Shown here: piece after piece, positions 40,729-50,183 of the stretch
How positions within the stretch are numbered: position 1 is the first letter of the stretch
Layout: each line of letters starts with the position of its first letter
IMG/VR virus record: IMGVR_UViG_3300045988_142085
Coordinates: 32,001-96,000 of that record
Direction: 5' to 3' (one strand)
DNA: 64,000 nucleotides
Source: a virus
Position numbers and translations under genes: made by a program
Notes under the pieces: generated by a model
Told to the model about the DNA's origin: nothing
The model's database searches: none
Seen by the model: the letters and a program-made list of their open reading frames with translations, nothing else

Positions 40729-41967
40729 CAATTTGTTACCCTATAGGCTTTTTATCCTATAGCTCTTACAGTTACCTGTAAGTTCAGCGTACATTTTTTC
40801 AGTAAAAATATTATACAAACTGAAGTGATCACTCTTGGGAATATTTTATTCTTATCATTAAGGTTCAATTCCTACGCGTTACGGTGTCAAAAGCCTTTTA
40901 AAACTTTTGATTACCTCGGTATTTTCCACATGGGTGCTTCACCGATTTTGATCACTTTAATTACTCTGACTTATTTGTACTTTCATCAGAGAGGGCTCGT
41001 TTTAAAGATAAATATCTTTTCATTTTTCTATCGAGAAAAATAGAAGCATTAGAATATAAATAATCATAAAAAGATAATGTTAAATTTTTCTTATAAAGAA
41101 CTAATTTTTTATATGTGATATAATCATCTATTTTAAATTCAAAATTTGACAGTATTTGATTAATTGATTCTGCTAATAAAGAAGAACCAACAACTATAAC
41201 TGTTTGAATTTTTTTTATATTTTTAGTGATATATCCATTTCCATCAAAATATCCACGGATAAAACTTGAAATAAGATTTTCTTTTATATTTGGCATAAAA
41301 GCATTTTCTGTTTTATTATAAACTACACCTAATTTAAATAAATCTTCTACTAATTCTTTTGACACAATAGATACAACAGATGTTTTTCTATTTTTTCTAT
41401 GCTTAATTTCTAAATTTTTGGCGCCAATATCATTAATAAATTTATTTAAATGGTTATCATCAACAGAGCTTAACTCAATTGATAATCTATTTTTATAAAC
41501 ATTACCATCAGCCATAATAAAACCCAGCCAATATGCTTGTTTTTCTGACTCTATTTCCTTAAAAAAACTTTTATCAAACGTTACATTAGGTCTTTTATAA
41601 GTAAATCTCATATTAACATTTTTCTTTTTTAAGTATGCTGAAAATGATTTAACAGAAATTTTTAATTGTTCTGCTACTTTATACATAGGAATATTTTCTT
41701 CTACATATAGTCTTAATCCTTCAACATATCTAGGATCTTCTATTTCAAAATGGACATTTTTTTTAATTTCTATTCCATTTCGTTTAAAATATCTTCTTAA
41801 AGAACCTACATCTACATTATATTTTTTTGCTAAAGTAGAAGTAGATACTCCTTTATTTTCAGTATATTCTTTTATTGCTTTTTTATATTTATCTTCATTT
41901 TTATATCGTGTCATATTATGACCCTCCTTATGGTCATAATTATATTACACAATATATTTGTCTGTCA
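40729..41967 (-). mobile_element. group I-like intron (family A) with LAGLIDADG homing-endonuclease ORF, clpX intron 2
   Basis: Exon 2 ends ...TCG GGG T. Intron ends CAAAUUG (omega G). 3' part contains ACGCGUAGGAAUUGAACCUUAAUGAUAAGAAUAAAAUAUUCCCAAGAG (family A core). HE ORF has an AAGGAGGG RBS 50 nt into the intron. Confidence 0.65.
40961..41914 (-). CDS. intron-encoded double-motif LAGLIDADG homing endonuclease with N-terminal HTH-like repeats
   Basis: YWLGFIMADGNV and IRGYFDGNGYI motifs. Confidence 0.75.
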   Translation of the reverse strand: MTRYKNEDKYKKAIKEYTENKGVSTSTLAKKYNVDVGSLRRYFKRNGIEIKKNVHFEIEDPRYVEGLRLYVEENIPMYKVAEQLKISVKSFSAYLKKKNVNMRFTYKRPNVTFDKSFFKEIESEKQAYWLGFIMADGNVYKNRLSIELSSVDDNHLNKFINDIGAKNLEIKHRKNRKTSVVSIVSKELVEDLFKLGVVYNKTENAFMPNIKENLISSFIRGYFDGNGYITKNIKKIQTVIVVGSSLLAESINQILSNFEFKIDDYITYKKLVLYKKNLTLSFYDYLYSNASIFLDRKMKRYLSLKRALSDESTNKSE

Positions 41968-42052
41968 ACCCCGATTTGGTGAGACTACTTGCATCGACAA
42001 TAACACATGGTCGACCAAGATATTTTGCTAATTGTTTAATTAAGAATGTTTT
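41968..42052 (-). CDS. clpX: ClpX, exon 2 (28 codons: KTFLIKQLAKYLGRPCVIVDASSLTKSG)
   Basis: Equals ClpX [30 protein letters not shown]. No start codon, so not in the ORF track. Confidence 0.65.
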
Positions 42053-42350
42053 CAGTTGTGTTATCGTAAAAGTTTTTTATCTTCTACTTCTTATAGTTTC
42101 CTATAAGCTCAGCATACCTTTTTAGCGTATATTTTTTTACCAAACGCTAGAGCGGCCTCGTGGTAGAATTATATTCTTATTTTAAAAATAAGGTTCATCT
42201 ACTATGCGTTGCCCCTGACTAGAATATTATTTCTAGCCTTCGGTTCAGATTAGCATATGCACTTTATGCACTTAGCCTTCCTGCTTAATTCCGCTCAAAT
42301 AATCCAGAAGTTCATGGTTTTTTCTTCTAGAACGGCAAACTTTTACAGCC
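42053..42350 (-). mobile_element. group I-like intron (family A, ORF-less), clpX intron 1, in Walker A codons
   Basis: Exon 1 ends ...TGC GGT (GSSGCG). Intron is GGCUGUAAAAGUUUGCCG...AACACAACUG (omega G). Exon 2 begins AAA ACA (KT). Core GGAAGGCUAAG...GCAUAUGCUAAUC...UAGUCAGGGGCAACGCAUAGUAGAUGAACC. Confidence 0.75.
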
Positions 42351-42776
42351 ACCGCAACCCGAGGACCCCAGCATTAATATATTTGATTTCTCAACATCGA
42401 TTCCAACATCTTTTTTCTTAAACGCATTATATTCGAGAAGCTTAGTATGATTAGTAATCGCGACACTAAGAATTTTCTTAGCGTTATCCTGATTGATTAC
42501 ACTTTCATCCAAGTAGGCTTTAATTTCTTTAGGCTTAACATCAGACTTTTGAACTTTAGAAGATTTTTTCTTTTTAGGTTTTTCATCGTCTTCACCATCT
42601 AAAGATAAGCCTAAGATGTCATCGATATCAAAATCACCTTCATCGTCTTGAACTTGAGATGCCATTTTCATGACGCATTCTTGACAAATAGCGATATTTT
42701 TATTAACGGAAGACTGAAAAGTAATATTGTGACTTTTTTGATCGTCGATATCTTTACCGCAATAACTACATTTCAT
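42351..42776 (-). CDS. clpX: ClpX, exon 1 (zinc-binding domain to GSSGCG of P-loop)
   Basis: CSYCGK...CQEC zinc-binding domain. KEIKAYLDESVINQDNAKKILSVAITNH...SNILMLGSSGCG. Confidence 0.75.
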
Positions 42777-42777
42777 A

Positions 42778-43350
42778 TTACTTTTTCTCCTTCGCTTTAA
42801 TGATTTCGTCGATAAGACCCATATCGAGAGCCTGTTGAGCTTCTAGATAATTATCGCGTTCACATGCTTCATGAATTTGTTCGTAGGTAATTTTACCGTT
42901 AGATTTCTCAGCATATTTACGTTCCAACTTTTCGCGTAAGCGCTCAATATGTTTAGCGACAATCTGAATATCGGTCTGTTGACCTTGTACACCAGTTAAT
43001 GGCTGATGAATCATAACTTCGGTGTTTTCGAGAACACTTCGTTTGTCGCCCATACTCAATAAAAAGCTAGCCATACTAGCACACATGCCCATACCGACAG
43101 TATGAACTGGACAATTAATGGTACGCATAGTATCGTAAATTGCCATACCGGCCGTAATACTGCCACCAGGACTATTAATATATAGTTTAATAGGCTTACG
43201 ACTACTTTCGTTCGCTAAATATAACATTGCAGGAACGACAAAGTTAGCTAATTCGTCATTAATTTGGCCCGTGATAAATAACACACGGTCTTCTAAAAGT
43301 TTATCGAAAAGGTTTACGCGAACACCTTCAGAATCTTTAATTACGGACAC
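42778..43350 (-). CDS. clpP: ClpP protease subunit
   Basis: VLFITGQINDELANFVVPAMLYL...IKLYINSPGGSITAGMAIYDTM...HTVGMGMCASMASFLL...MIHQP. Confidence 0.85.
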   Translation of the reverse strand: MSVIKDSEGVRVNLFDKLLEDRVLFITGQINDELANFVVPAMLYLANESSRKPIKLYINSPGGSITAGMAIYDTMRTINCPVHTVGMGMCASMASFLLSMGDKRSVLENTEVMIHQPLTGVQGQQTDIQIVAKHIERLREKLERKYAEKSNGKITYEQIHEACERDNYLEAQQALDMGLIDEIIKAKEKK

Positions 43351-44017
43351 GTCCTACCTCCTCAAAATTATTATTTAAAATAGTTTTTACAGCGAATACG
43401 ATCTTTTTAAATGTCGACATATTTTCTGTAAAAATAATAGCTTTATATCGCACTACTTCTTTTTGTTCAGGAGTAGCGACAGCTTCTTTTACTTTTTTAG
43501 CAGCTTTTTGTTTTTGTTCTTGATAATCGGTTTGTTTATTTTTACGTTTTTCAAGAACTTTGGCAATCTTTTCTGCACGAACTGCATCAGAATCTTTTTT
43601 AATCTTATTAGCAGACGCTTCGATTAACTTTAATTCAAGTTCGGTAAACAACTCAGATTCTACAAGTAACTTTTTAGTTCTTGGTCGTAAAATACCGATA
43701 CCACTTAAAAATAATTGCTGTACGTTACTATCGCTAAAACCGGCTACACGAATAGTCGTTTTAAGATTATTATTATAATCTTGATTAATTAATATCCATA
43801 GTTTAGCAATACTAACAGCACTTAAATTATTCCATTCTTTACACCAAGGATATTTCTTATAGCTCTCTTGAGCGATCATAGCACTAAAGCTAGAATAGGA
43901 TTCTTTAGACCAATCTAGTTTAGTAAGATCTTTAATCCTTGTGTAAAACTTAGAGATTCTTTCTTCTCGTTCACCGAACAAGATTACAGCACCTTGTTCT
44001 ATAATATTTGAACGCAT
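43337..44017 (-). CDS. hypothetical protein
   Basis: 226-aa ORF. Confidence 0.5.
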   Translation of the reverse strand: MRSNIIEQGAVILFGEREERISKFYTRIKDLTKLDWSKESYSSFSAMIAQESYKKYPWCKEWNNLSAVSIAKLWILINQDYNNNLKTTIRVAGFSDSNVQQLFLSGIGILRPRTKKLLVESELFTELELKLIEASANKIKKDSDAVRAEKIAKVLEKRKNKQTDYQEQKQKAAKKVKEAVATPEQKEVVRYKAIIFTENMSTFKKIVFAVKTILNNNFEEVGRVRN

Positions 44018-44028
44018 TAAGTTCCTCC

Positions 44029-44062
44029 TTTGTTAAATAAAAAAGACTCCTTACGGAGTCTT
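44029..44062 (-). terminator. rho-independent terminator
   Basis: AAGACTCC-GTAA-GGAGTCTT hairpin plus TTTTATTT on the minus strand. Confidence 0.55.
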
Positions 44063-44068
44063 TAAAAT

Positions 44069-44671
44069 TTATTTTTTCTTATGACGAAGCATTTGAAGAA
44101 TTTGTTCACCTTCGTCAATTTTATCTTTATTATCTGGATTGTTATTAAAGAAATCCATAATTTGACGCATTAACAACGGTGTTTCATCTTCGCCGAAGAA
44201 TGCTTGGTCGTAAATATCGTCTTCTTTAATTAAATAATTATAACGATTATGGATACGATCGTATTCTGCACGAGCATCAATATTATGGTCGGCATCACCA
44301 CGCATTTTCATACGTTCACGACATGTAGACTCTAGAGTATTTAAATAAAAAGCATAAACATATTCAGGGAATAGTTCTTTAAGTTCTTTAGTGCCGGCCT
44401 CATCGAGAACGACAATATAATTTAAATCTTTATTTAAATCTTCCAAATAGTCTTTACTAATACCGTATGTTTCACCATTAATTACAGTACGACAAATATA
44501 GTCTTCGTCATTCCAATCTTCTTTGTCGACAAAGAAATACTGATCGACTGGATCGTTTAAACGACGAGATCTTGTTGTCGAAGTAATAATACGGTAAAAA
44601 CCTTTTACTTCGAATAAACCAGCTAAAGTACTTTTGCCACAGCCACTCGGGCCAGATAAAACGATTATCAT
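44069..44671 (-). CDS. gmk: guanylate kinase-like (d)NMP kinase
   Basis: IIVLSGPSGCGKSTL...TTRSRRLNDPVDQYFFV. Confidence 0.65.
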   Translation of the reverse strand: MIIVLSGPSGCGKSTLAGLFEVKGFYRIITSTTRSRRLNDPVDQYFFVDKEDWNDEDYICRTVINGETYGISKDYLEDLNKDLNYIVVLDEAGTKELKELFPEYVYAFYLNTLESTCRERMKMRGDADHNIDARAEYDRIHNRYNYLIKEDDIYDQAFFGEDETPLLMRQIMDFFNNNPDNKDKIDEGEQILQMLRHKKK

Positions 44672-44727
44672 AAATATAACCTCGCTTTAAAAAAAATATA
44701 TATATTTTATTTATATATTATACCATA

Positions 44728-45201
44728 TTATTTGACTTGTGTCACGACCGTTTTTCCGTCTTTAAATTCGACACAAAAACGCCGATCTGCATACTTCTGT
44801 AATACGTAATCAGCAAATGGTTTATATTTATTGATATCGTTCTCATTAAAATTATGCCGTACTTGATTAATAATCAAGACCGACAATTTTTTATTATTAT
44901 AAATAAATTCTTGAATTTTATAGATGTTATTTCTTGGTTGTCCGCAAAGAGAGAAAAAATCGTCGATAATTAATAAATCGACTTCGTTAACGATTTCTTC
45001 GACATCTTCTAAATTATTTGTAACGGCAACATAATAATCGCCGTCAAAATTATGTTGATGTAAGGCATCAACCCATAACGTAATAGGATACTTCTTAGCA
45101 ACTTCATGAGCCAGAAAACTTTTTCCACTTTGGCTCATTCCGTATAGTTCTACAACATTATTATTTAACGCTTTAATAATTTTATTAACAGACTTATTCA
45201 T
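44728..45201 (-). CDS. P-loop NTPase, hypothetical
   Basis: GMSQSGKS Walker A, LLIIDD Walker B-like. Confidence 0.5.
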   Translation of the reverse strand: MNKSVNKIIKALNNNVVELYGMSQSGKSFLAHEVAKKYPITLWVDALHQHNFDGDYYVAVTNNLEDVEEIVNEVDLLIIDDFFSLCGQPRNNIYKIQEFIYNNKKLSVLIINQVRHNFNENDINKYKPFADYVLQKYADRRFCVEFKDGKTVVTQVK

Positions 45202-45616
45202 CTGGAGTAAACTTCCTTACAAAATTAACTCTTAAGATAGCACTAAAATCTTCGAACATATGAATTAACAGTTCTTCAATATTTTTGCACACGTAGGTGT
45301 TTTCAAATAATTCACCTAAATACAAGAACTGATGTTTGCTCCAGTCAACTTTTTCAATACCGAAATCACTTACAACTGTAGTCGGTACACCGCCACCGAT
45401 AACGGAACAAATTCGTAATTCGTCGACCATAATAAATAATTCTGTTTCATTTAAAGCGATATATAATTTTTCTTGTCGTTTCTCTCCGCATGAAGCGTCA
45501 AAAATAGCTACAATAGCTTTTCTGACATCTTCTAAAGTATTTGCATCTTCTTTAATTTTGAGCGTCTTAATACATTCCTTAATATGATTTACGACGTTCT
45601 CTTTAATATATAGCAT
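45194..45616 (-). CDS. hypothetical protein
   Basis: ORF. Confidence 0.5.
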   Translation of the reverse strand: MLYIKENVVNHIKECIKTLKIKEDANTLEDVRKAIVAIFDASCGEKRQEKLYIALNETELFIMVDELRICSVIGGGVPTTVVSDFGIEKVDWSKHQFLYLGELFENTYVCKNIEELLIHMFEDFSAILRVNFVRKFTPDE

Positions 45617-45918
45617 TAATTATTGATAGTAATCCTATTATTTAAATAATCTTTAACCAAATCCCAAGATTTATAGAAGTCTTTATACATGTTGAACGAA
45701 ATTCTAAAAATATCTATGCATTCGTTAACTAAAGCATCTTGTCGACCTATTGTGTTTGTTATGGCTTCTAAAATTAACATAACTTCGATCTGTTCTGCTT
45801 CAACGAGCGGACGAGTCTTCGTAAAGTAATTTAACTGGCACAATCTAACGAATAAATCGATAATATATTCCTTGGGATTATCTAAGAGTAAAATTTGATT
45901 TGATTTTAAAATTTTCAT
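45616..45918 (-). CDS. hypothetical protein
   Basis: ORF. Confidence 0.45.
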   Translation of the reverse strand: MKILKSNQILLLDNPKEYIIDLFVRLCQLNYFTKTRPLVEAEQIEVMLILEAITNTIGRQDALVNECIDIFRISFNMYKDFYKSWDLVKDYLNNRITINN

Positions 45919-46235
45919 TAGTCAATTTTATTATAATAATCCTCGATTAAACTTAAATCGAAATCGGCATTAAGATCGATTTCATTGATTTCTAGTTTCG
46001 CAGGATTATTATAACATTGAATGAGTAGTTTTGCCAAGAACTCAAATTCTTTATAATTATCTTTTAAACCATTTTCTTTAACGATGGCTACGACATTTTG
46101 TGTAGGCTGATTGCCCATTAAAATATCTTCGCCGACTTTTGGTCGCTGATTAGGTTTAAAGCTATTAAAGACCTTGGCAATATGCTGAACCGATAAATAT
46201 AGGTTAAGCAACTGTTCTCGTTGTTCAGGTTGCAT
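45918..46235 (-). CDS. hypothetical protein
   Basis: ORF. Confidence 0.45.
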   Translation of the reverse strand: MQPEQREQLLNLYLSVQHIAKVFNSFKPNQRPKVGEDILMGNQPTQNVVAIVKENGLKDNYKEFEFLAKLLIQCYNNPAKLEINEIDLNADFDLSLIEDYYNKID

Positions 46236-46261
46236 TCTTTTCTCCCAATAAAAAACCGACC

Positions 46262-46636
46262 CTATTTCTCTAGGATCGGTAAATATTTAACAGATTCGAT
46301 AGCTGGTGCCATCATTGTATCACGCAATTCAATATCGTGACCTTTGCTTTGCATATATTTAATTTTTTTACGGAAATCGTTTATGATAGATTCTAATATA
46401 TCTTTATCGAAAACTTTTTCGCCAATACGCTTAGCAATAATATTATTTAATGCAACATCGATATCTTTATATGTTTCATTTTCTTTAAGAGAACGATCGC
46501 GGTTAATAACGCTATAATTAGTATAACCTAATAAATATAATTTAATCACTAAGTTAATTAAATTAGTATTGTTCTCGATATAAGATACGATGTTATGAGA
46601 GGTTAAAATTTCGCTATATAAATTATCTAGATTCAT
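46262..46636 (-). CDS. hypothetical protein
   Basis: ORF. Confidence 0.45.
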   Translation of the reverse strand: MNLDNLYSEILTSHNIVSYIENNTNLINLVIKLYLLGYTNYSVINRDRSLKENETYKDIDVALNNIIAKRIGEKVFDKDILESIINDFRKKIKYMQSKGHDIELRDTMMAPAIESVKYLPILEK

Positions 46637-47022
46637 GGCTTCTTTTTACAGCAACAACAGCAGTCATTGTTAGTATTATTATTACTGTTTTCACGACGAG
46701 ACGGACGCCCAGTATATTCATCGAACTGAGAAAACTCTTGTTTATGTTCGTTAATATACTTAATAGCATTTTCCTTATCGGTAATACCGTGTTTGTGAAA
46801 TTTATATTCTAAATCTGATACTGTCGTCATCATATTGTTTTTGTAGCAGTAATAGACTAATTCTTGTAAGTCGGTATATTTTAAAAATTTAGCCGGATTA
46901 CCTTGACGCCATCTTTTCCATTTTTCAGCAAAAGAAGGTTCGTCGATAGTAGACGGCATCGGAATATAACCTTTATAAGAATTGGTCTTAGATTTAGACG
47001 TCGACCGCCATAAAATTGCCAT
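46633..47022 (-). CDS. hypothetical protein with C-terminal poly-Cys tail (CCCCCKKKP)
   Basis: ORF. Confidence 0.45.
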   Translation of the reverse strand: MAILWRSTSKSKTNSYKGYIPMPSTIDEPSFAEKWKRWRQGNPAKFLKYTDLQELVYYCYKNNMMTTVSDLEYKFHKHGITDKENAIKYINEHKQEFSQFDEYTGRPSRRENSNNNTNNDCCCCCKKKP

Positions 47023-47026
47023 TTAT

Positions 47027-47650
47027 TTAACCTTTCTTCATTAGTTTTACTAAATATAATTTAAATCCGATACTTAATCCAGTAACAGTACTTAACAAAC
47101 TTAATATAGTAAAGAATAATGTAAATACGATCGGTAACGGATTAGATACGGTATAAATATTAGAATTATAAAAAGCACAGCTAAATACAGCTAAAATAAC
47201 TGTTATAATATTAATGATACCGACATAGATCGGATATGCCATAGCAGCCATTAAATTATATTTTTCACGTGTGCTTTTAGCTCTAACATTGTTAGTTTCA
47301 ATTAAGATGCCGATATAATTAATGCTGTTAATAATCATTAAGACTAGCATCATCGTAACAGAACTAACAGCTAATTTAAAATGTGTTGCATCGTTTGCCA
47401 TATGACTTACGATTAAACTGATTAAGCATAAGGCAGTAATAATGAGTGCAACAATAAATTCACGTTTTAAAAACGTTTCATGTACATTTAAAAACCGTAA
47501 ATATCCAAAAATATTACGATCTTTAAATAAATCTTTTTCTTCCACGGTGCCTCCTATTAGGGCATATAGAATACAAAGTACGCCGATAAACGGCATAAAA
47601 TTTATAAATCCTTGCAATATCCACAGCAAGAAAAGATATAATATTATCAT
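47027..47650 (-). CDS. multi-pass membrane protein
   Basis: Six predicted hydrophobic helices. Confidence 0.5.
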   Translation of the reverse strand: MIILYLFLLWILQGFINFMPFIGVLCILYALIGGTVEEKDLFKDRNIFGYLRFLNVHETFLKREFIVALIITALCLISLIVSHMANDATHFKLAVSSVTMMLVLMIINSINYIGILIETNNVRAKSTREKYNLMAAMAYPIYVGIINIITVILAVFSCAFYNSNIYTVSNPLPIVFTLFFTILSLLSTVTGLSIGFKLYLVKLMKKG

Positions 47651-47728
47651 TAAAATTTCTCCGCTAAAAACAAAGTTTCTAGCACTAAGTTGTGTGAGGT
47701 GAAGTGGACACAGAGGCCTGAAAAGTTT

Positions 47729-48049
47729 TTACGCTACGACGTATACTTCGCCATATTGGCGTCCGAATTGGATAGCCTCATCATAGCTGTCGACAAAAAT
47801 ATCGACTACGCCATGAATACCGGGAGCCATTCGGTCAGCTACAACATAATTGTAACCGTTGATATTTAGTACTGTGCCTAAAGCAAAATCGTTGCTCGCA
47901 ACGGCACCAACGTAAGGATACTCACCGTTGGCCATTACTGACCCAGTGTGAGTATAAGCGGTAAGTTCCATCGCATTAGCATTTGGAATACTCAATAAGC
48001 CTAATACCAATGCAAAAGATGCTACTAAAAACTTTAATTTATTAATCAT
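47729..48049 (-). CDS. secreted 3D-domain protein (MltA/YuiC-like, putative cell-wall hydrolase module)
   Basis: Signal peptide ...PNANA. TAYTHTGSVMANGEYPYVGAVASNDFALGTVLNINGYNYVVADRMAPGIHGVVDIFVDS 3D-domain signature. Confidence 0.55.
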   Translation of the reverse strand: MINKLKFLVASFALVLGLLSIPNANAMELTAYTHTGSVMANGEYPYVGAVASNDFALGTVLNINGYNYVVADRMAPGIHGVVDIFVDSYDEAIQFGRQYGEVYVVA

Positions 48050-48203
48050 AGTTAAAAGTCTCCTAACTTCTGTTCGTCTTCCTATTATTATTTAAAAATT
48101 TAAATAATAAGTTGTAGGGCGACATGAAATTAGTAAACTTTGAATGCTATTCACCTAAACAAACAAAGCCACTATTTGAAATACTTGTTTTTACGATATT
48201 GTA

Positions 48204-48518
48204 CTATCGAGGGCCAAGTGGAGGTCGATGATCTTCAAACAAAATTTGTACTGGATCTGGCAATGCCCAGATTAAAAAAATACTGAATACCAGCAAAACA
48301 ATAGACCACGTTAATAAATTCTCCACTTCTTTTCTGTGTTTTCCTTGCTCCTTAGCAAGACTGAATACTCCAGCAATTATTAACGAAATACATGCGCCTG
48401 AAGTAAATACGGCTACAAACGTTAATATCTGGATTACAGATACCACAAGGAGTTCGTCTTGAGTCATATAATACGAATTCCTTTCACAACAAAAACTTTT
48501 GCTAAAACAATTTAGCAC
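48204..48518 (-). CDS. small membrane protein
   Basis: Two to three TM helices. Confidence 0.45.
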   Translation of the reverse strand: MLNCFSKSFCCERNSYYMTQDELLVVSVIQILTFVAVFTSGACISLIIAGVFSLAKEQGKHRKEVENLLTWSIVLLVFSIFLIWALPDPVQILFEDHRPPLGPR

Positions 48519-48566
48519 TAAGTCTTTAGCAAGAGAAATAGTGCTAGCACTATTTATATTACATGG

Positions 48567-48764
48567 TTATGGCATGATTGCCACATCGCAAGGACATTCC
48601 CAATCGACATCTTCAGAATTCAACCAGTTTATAATATACTGATTGCCATCTTTATCTAAACCTTCTGAACAAAATTTGTCGCCGATGAGAATAGGATCTG
48701 TTACAAAATCTAATACATATATTTCTTGAAAATACTTTAACTTCATTCCTTTGCGAAATCCCAT
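48567..48764 (-). CDS. hypothetical protein
   Basis: ORF. Confidence 0.4.
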   Translation of the reverse strand: MGFRKGMKLKYFQEIYVLDFVTDPILIGDKFCSEGLDKDGNQYIINWLNSEDVDWECPCDVAIMP

Positions 48765-49306
48765 TCAGCTGCCTGAATTACTGGTTCTGGACAGAACACA
48801 GAATTAAATGGATCTTCTCCTTTCACACAGAATAGGGAGTTCTTAACAACGATTTTACAATCTGGAGCAAGTACTTTTAATAGATATTGTAACACACCAC
48901 GATACCAGTAGTCTTCTTCTCCAGAATCCTTACAAAATTCTTTAAATAAGTAAAGAATATAGTCTGGGCAATTTTCTTTAAAATATTTAAATTGAAAATC
49001 GCTTAAAGATTTTTTACCGTTAATATCTGGAATATCGGCCGGAGAAAATTCAATTAGATTAGGAGACTCGTCCCGAATTTCTTCGTATGGTTCATCGAAA
49101 TTATCTTGAATATATTGCAAGAAAATAGTGCCGACTAAATCGGTTGGCACACGAATGATTTTATCTTCGCTATTTTTTTGCTTTGTAATTTTATCGAACA
49201 ACCATTCAAAGAAGTCTTCTTGAGTCATATGTTTTTCTAAATACTCGACAGCTTTTGCTGGAGACTTAGGATCTATAAGTTTTTTAAGAGCTTCTTTGTC
49301 AATCAT
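48743..49306 (-). CDS. hypothetical protein (paralogue of 49701-50183)
   Basis: Shared LIDPxxPxKAxEYLExxMTxxxxxxW...YIQD...EPY architecture. Confidence 0.5.
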   Translation of the reverse strand: MIDKEALKKLIDPKSPAKAVEYLEKHMTQEDFFEWLFDKITKQKNSEDKIIRVPTDLVGTIFLQYIQDNFDEPYEEIRDESPNLIEFSPADIPDINGKKSLSDFQFKYFKENCPDYILYLFKEFCKDSGEEDYWYRGVLQYLLKVLAPDCKIVVKNSLFCVKGEDPFNSVFCPEPVIQAAEWDFAKE

Positions 49307-49309
49307 TAT

Positions 49310-49723
49310 TTAACCTTTCTTTGCTTTAATATATCTACTAGGAACAGTAACCATGATAAGTTCTGGTGTAACAATAACATGATTTAGACCTTTAGATTTT
49401 AAATAAATGCATTCATGCTCTTTATTGCCTTCAGTAAGGATTACTTTGTCGCCAAATTTAAAATTATGTTCATCGATTTCACCATTAGCAAAATCTTTAA
49501 TACTGTATATAGTATTTTCTTTTAATTTTGGATACGCTTTAAACATTTCACTCGTTAAAAAATTAACGTTAGGATTAAATTCTTTATTAGGACAAGTGAA
49601 TACAATGCCGTACATATCGTCGATATAAAATTGTTCAAAGCCTTCGTTAATAAGACTTTCTAAAAACCATTTAAGGTTATCGTTAATTTCGATTTTCATA
49701 TTAATCTTCCTTTGCAAAAACAA
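49310..49723 (-). CDS. hypothetical protein
   Basis: ORF. Confidence 0.5.
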   Translation of the reverse strand: MFLQRKINMKIEINDNLKWFLESLINEGFEQFYIDDMYGIVFTCPNKEFNPNVNFLTSEMFKAYPKLKENTIYSIKDFANGEIDEHNFKFGDKVILTEGNKEHECIYLKSKGLNHVIVTPELIMVTVPSRYIKAKKG

Positions 49724-50183
49724 AATCGTCGATATCTACAAGTTTTTCAGGTAAAAAAAGATCTACCATGTCAGTATCTTTTTTCTCAGCATACAAATTT
49801 CCTGTAAATTTAAATTTTTTAGCAGATCCATTATGCTTTTTAAGAATATCTTGAGTTAGGCTAAAGAAATATTCTTTAGACCATTTCTGATTATTTAAAA
49901 CTTCTGAATAGTCTTTAAAATAAATATTGACAGGCTCATTATCTTCAAAATGGTCTTTAAATATATCATATGGTTCTTGACAGGCATCTTGAATATAATC
50001 CATGAAAATATTAAACATAATTGTAATAGGAAGTTTAATCACTTCATTATCTTTTTGATCGATTATTTTTTCTGTAATCCAATCAATATATTCTTTTTCT
50101 GTCATATTTTGTTCAAGATATTCTAAAGCTTTGTCAGGATTATCAGGATCAATCAAAGATTTTAAAATAATTTTATTGATCAT
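49701..50183 (-). CDS. hypothetical protein (paralogue of 48743-49306)
   Basis: See the paralogue entry. Confidence 0.5.
   Translation of the reverse strand: MINKIILKSLIDPDNPDKALEYLEQNMTEKEYIDWITEKIIDQKDNEVIKLPITIMFNIFMDYIQDACQEPYDIFKDHFEDNEPVNIYFKDYSEVLNNQKWSKEYFFSLTQDILKKHNGSAKKFKFTGNLYAEKKDTDMVDLFLPEKLVDIDDFVFAKED

Noticed and set aside
2540-42776. Interpreting the split helicase/uvrD/recA/gyrB/clpX/AAA genes as frameshifted pseudogenes.
   Set aside because: In every case the missing motif continues precisely in the next segment, in a frame consistent with a U...G-bounded excision. The intervening segments share ribozyme-like sequence families and some carry homing endonucleases.
48104-48215. 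Short plus-strand ORF MKLVNFECYSPKQTKPLFEILVFTILYYRGPSGGR in the 48050-48203 gap.
   Set aside because: 36 codons, no RBS, opposite to the uniform gene orientation. Likely chance.
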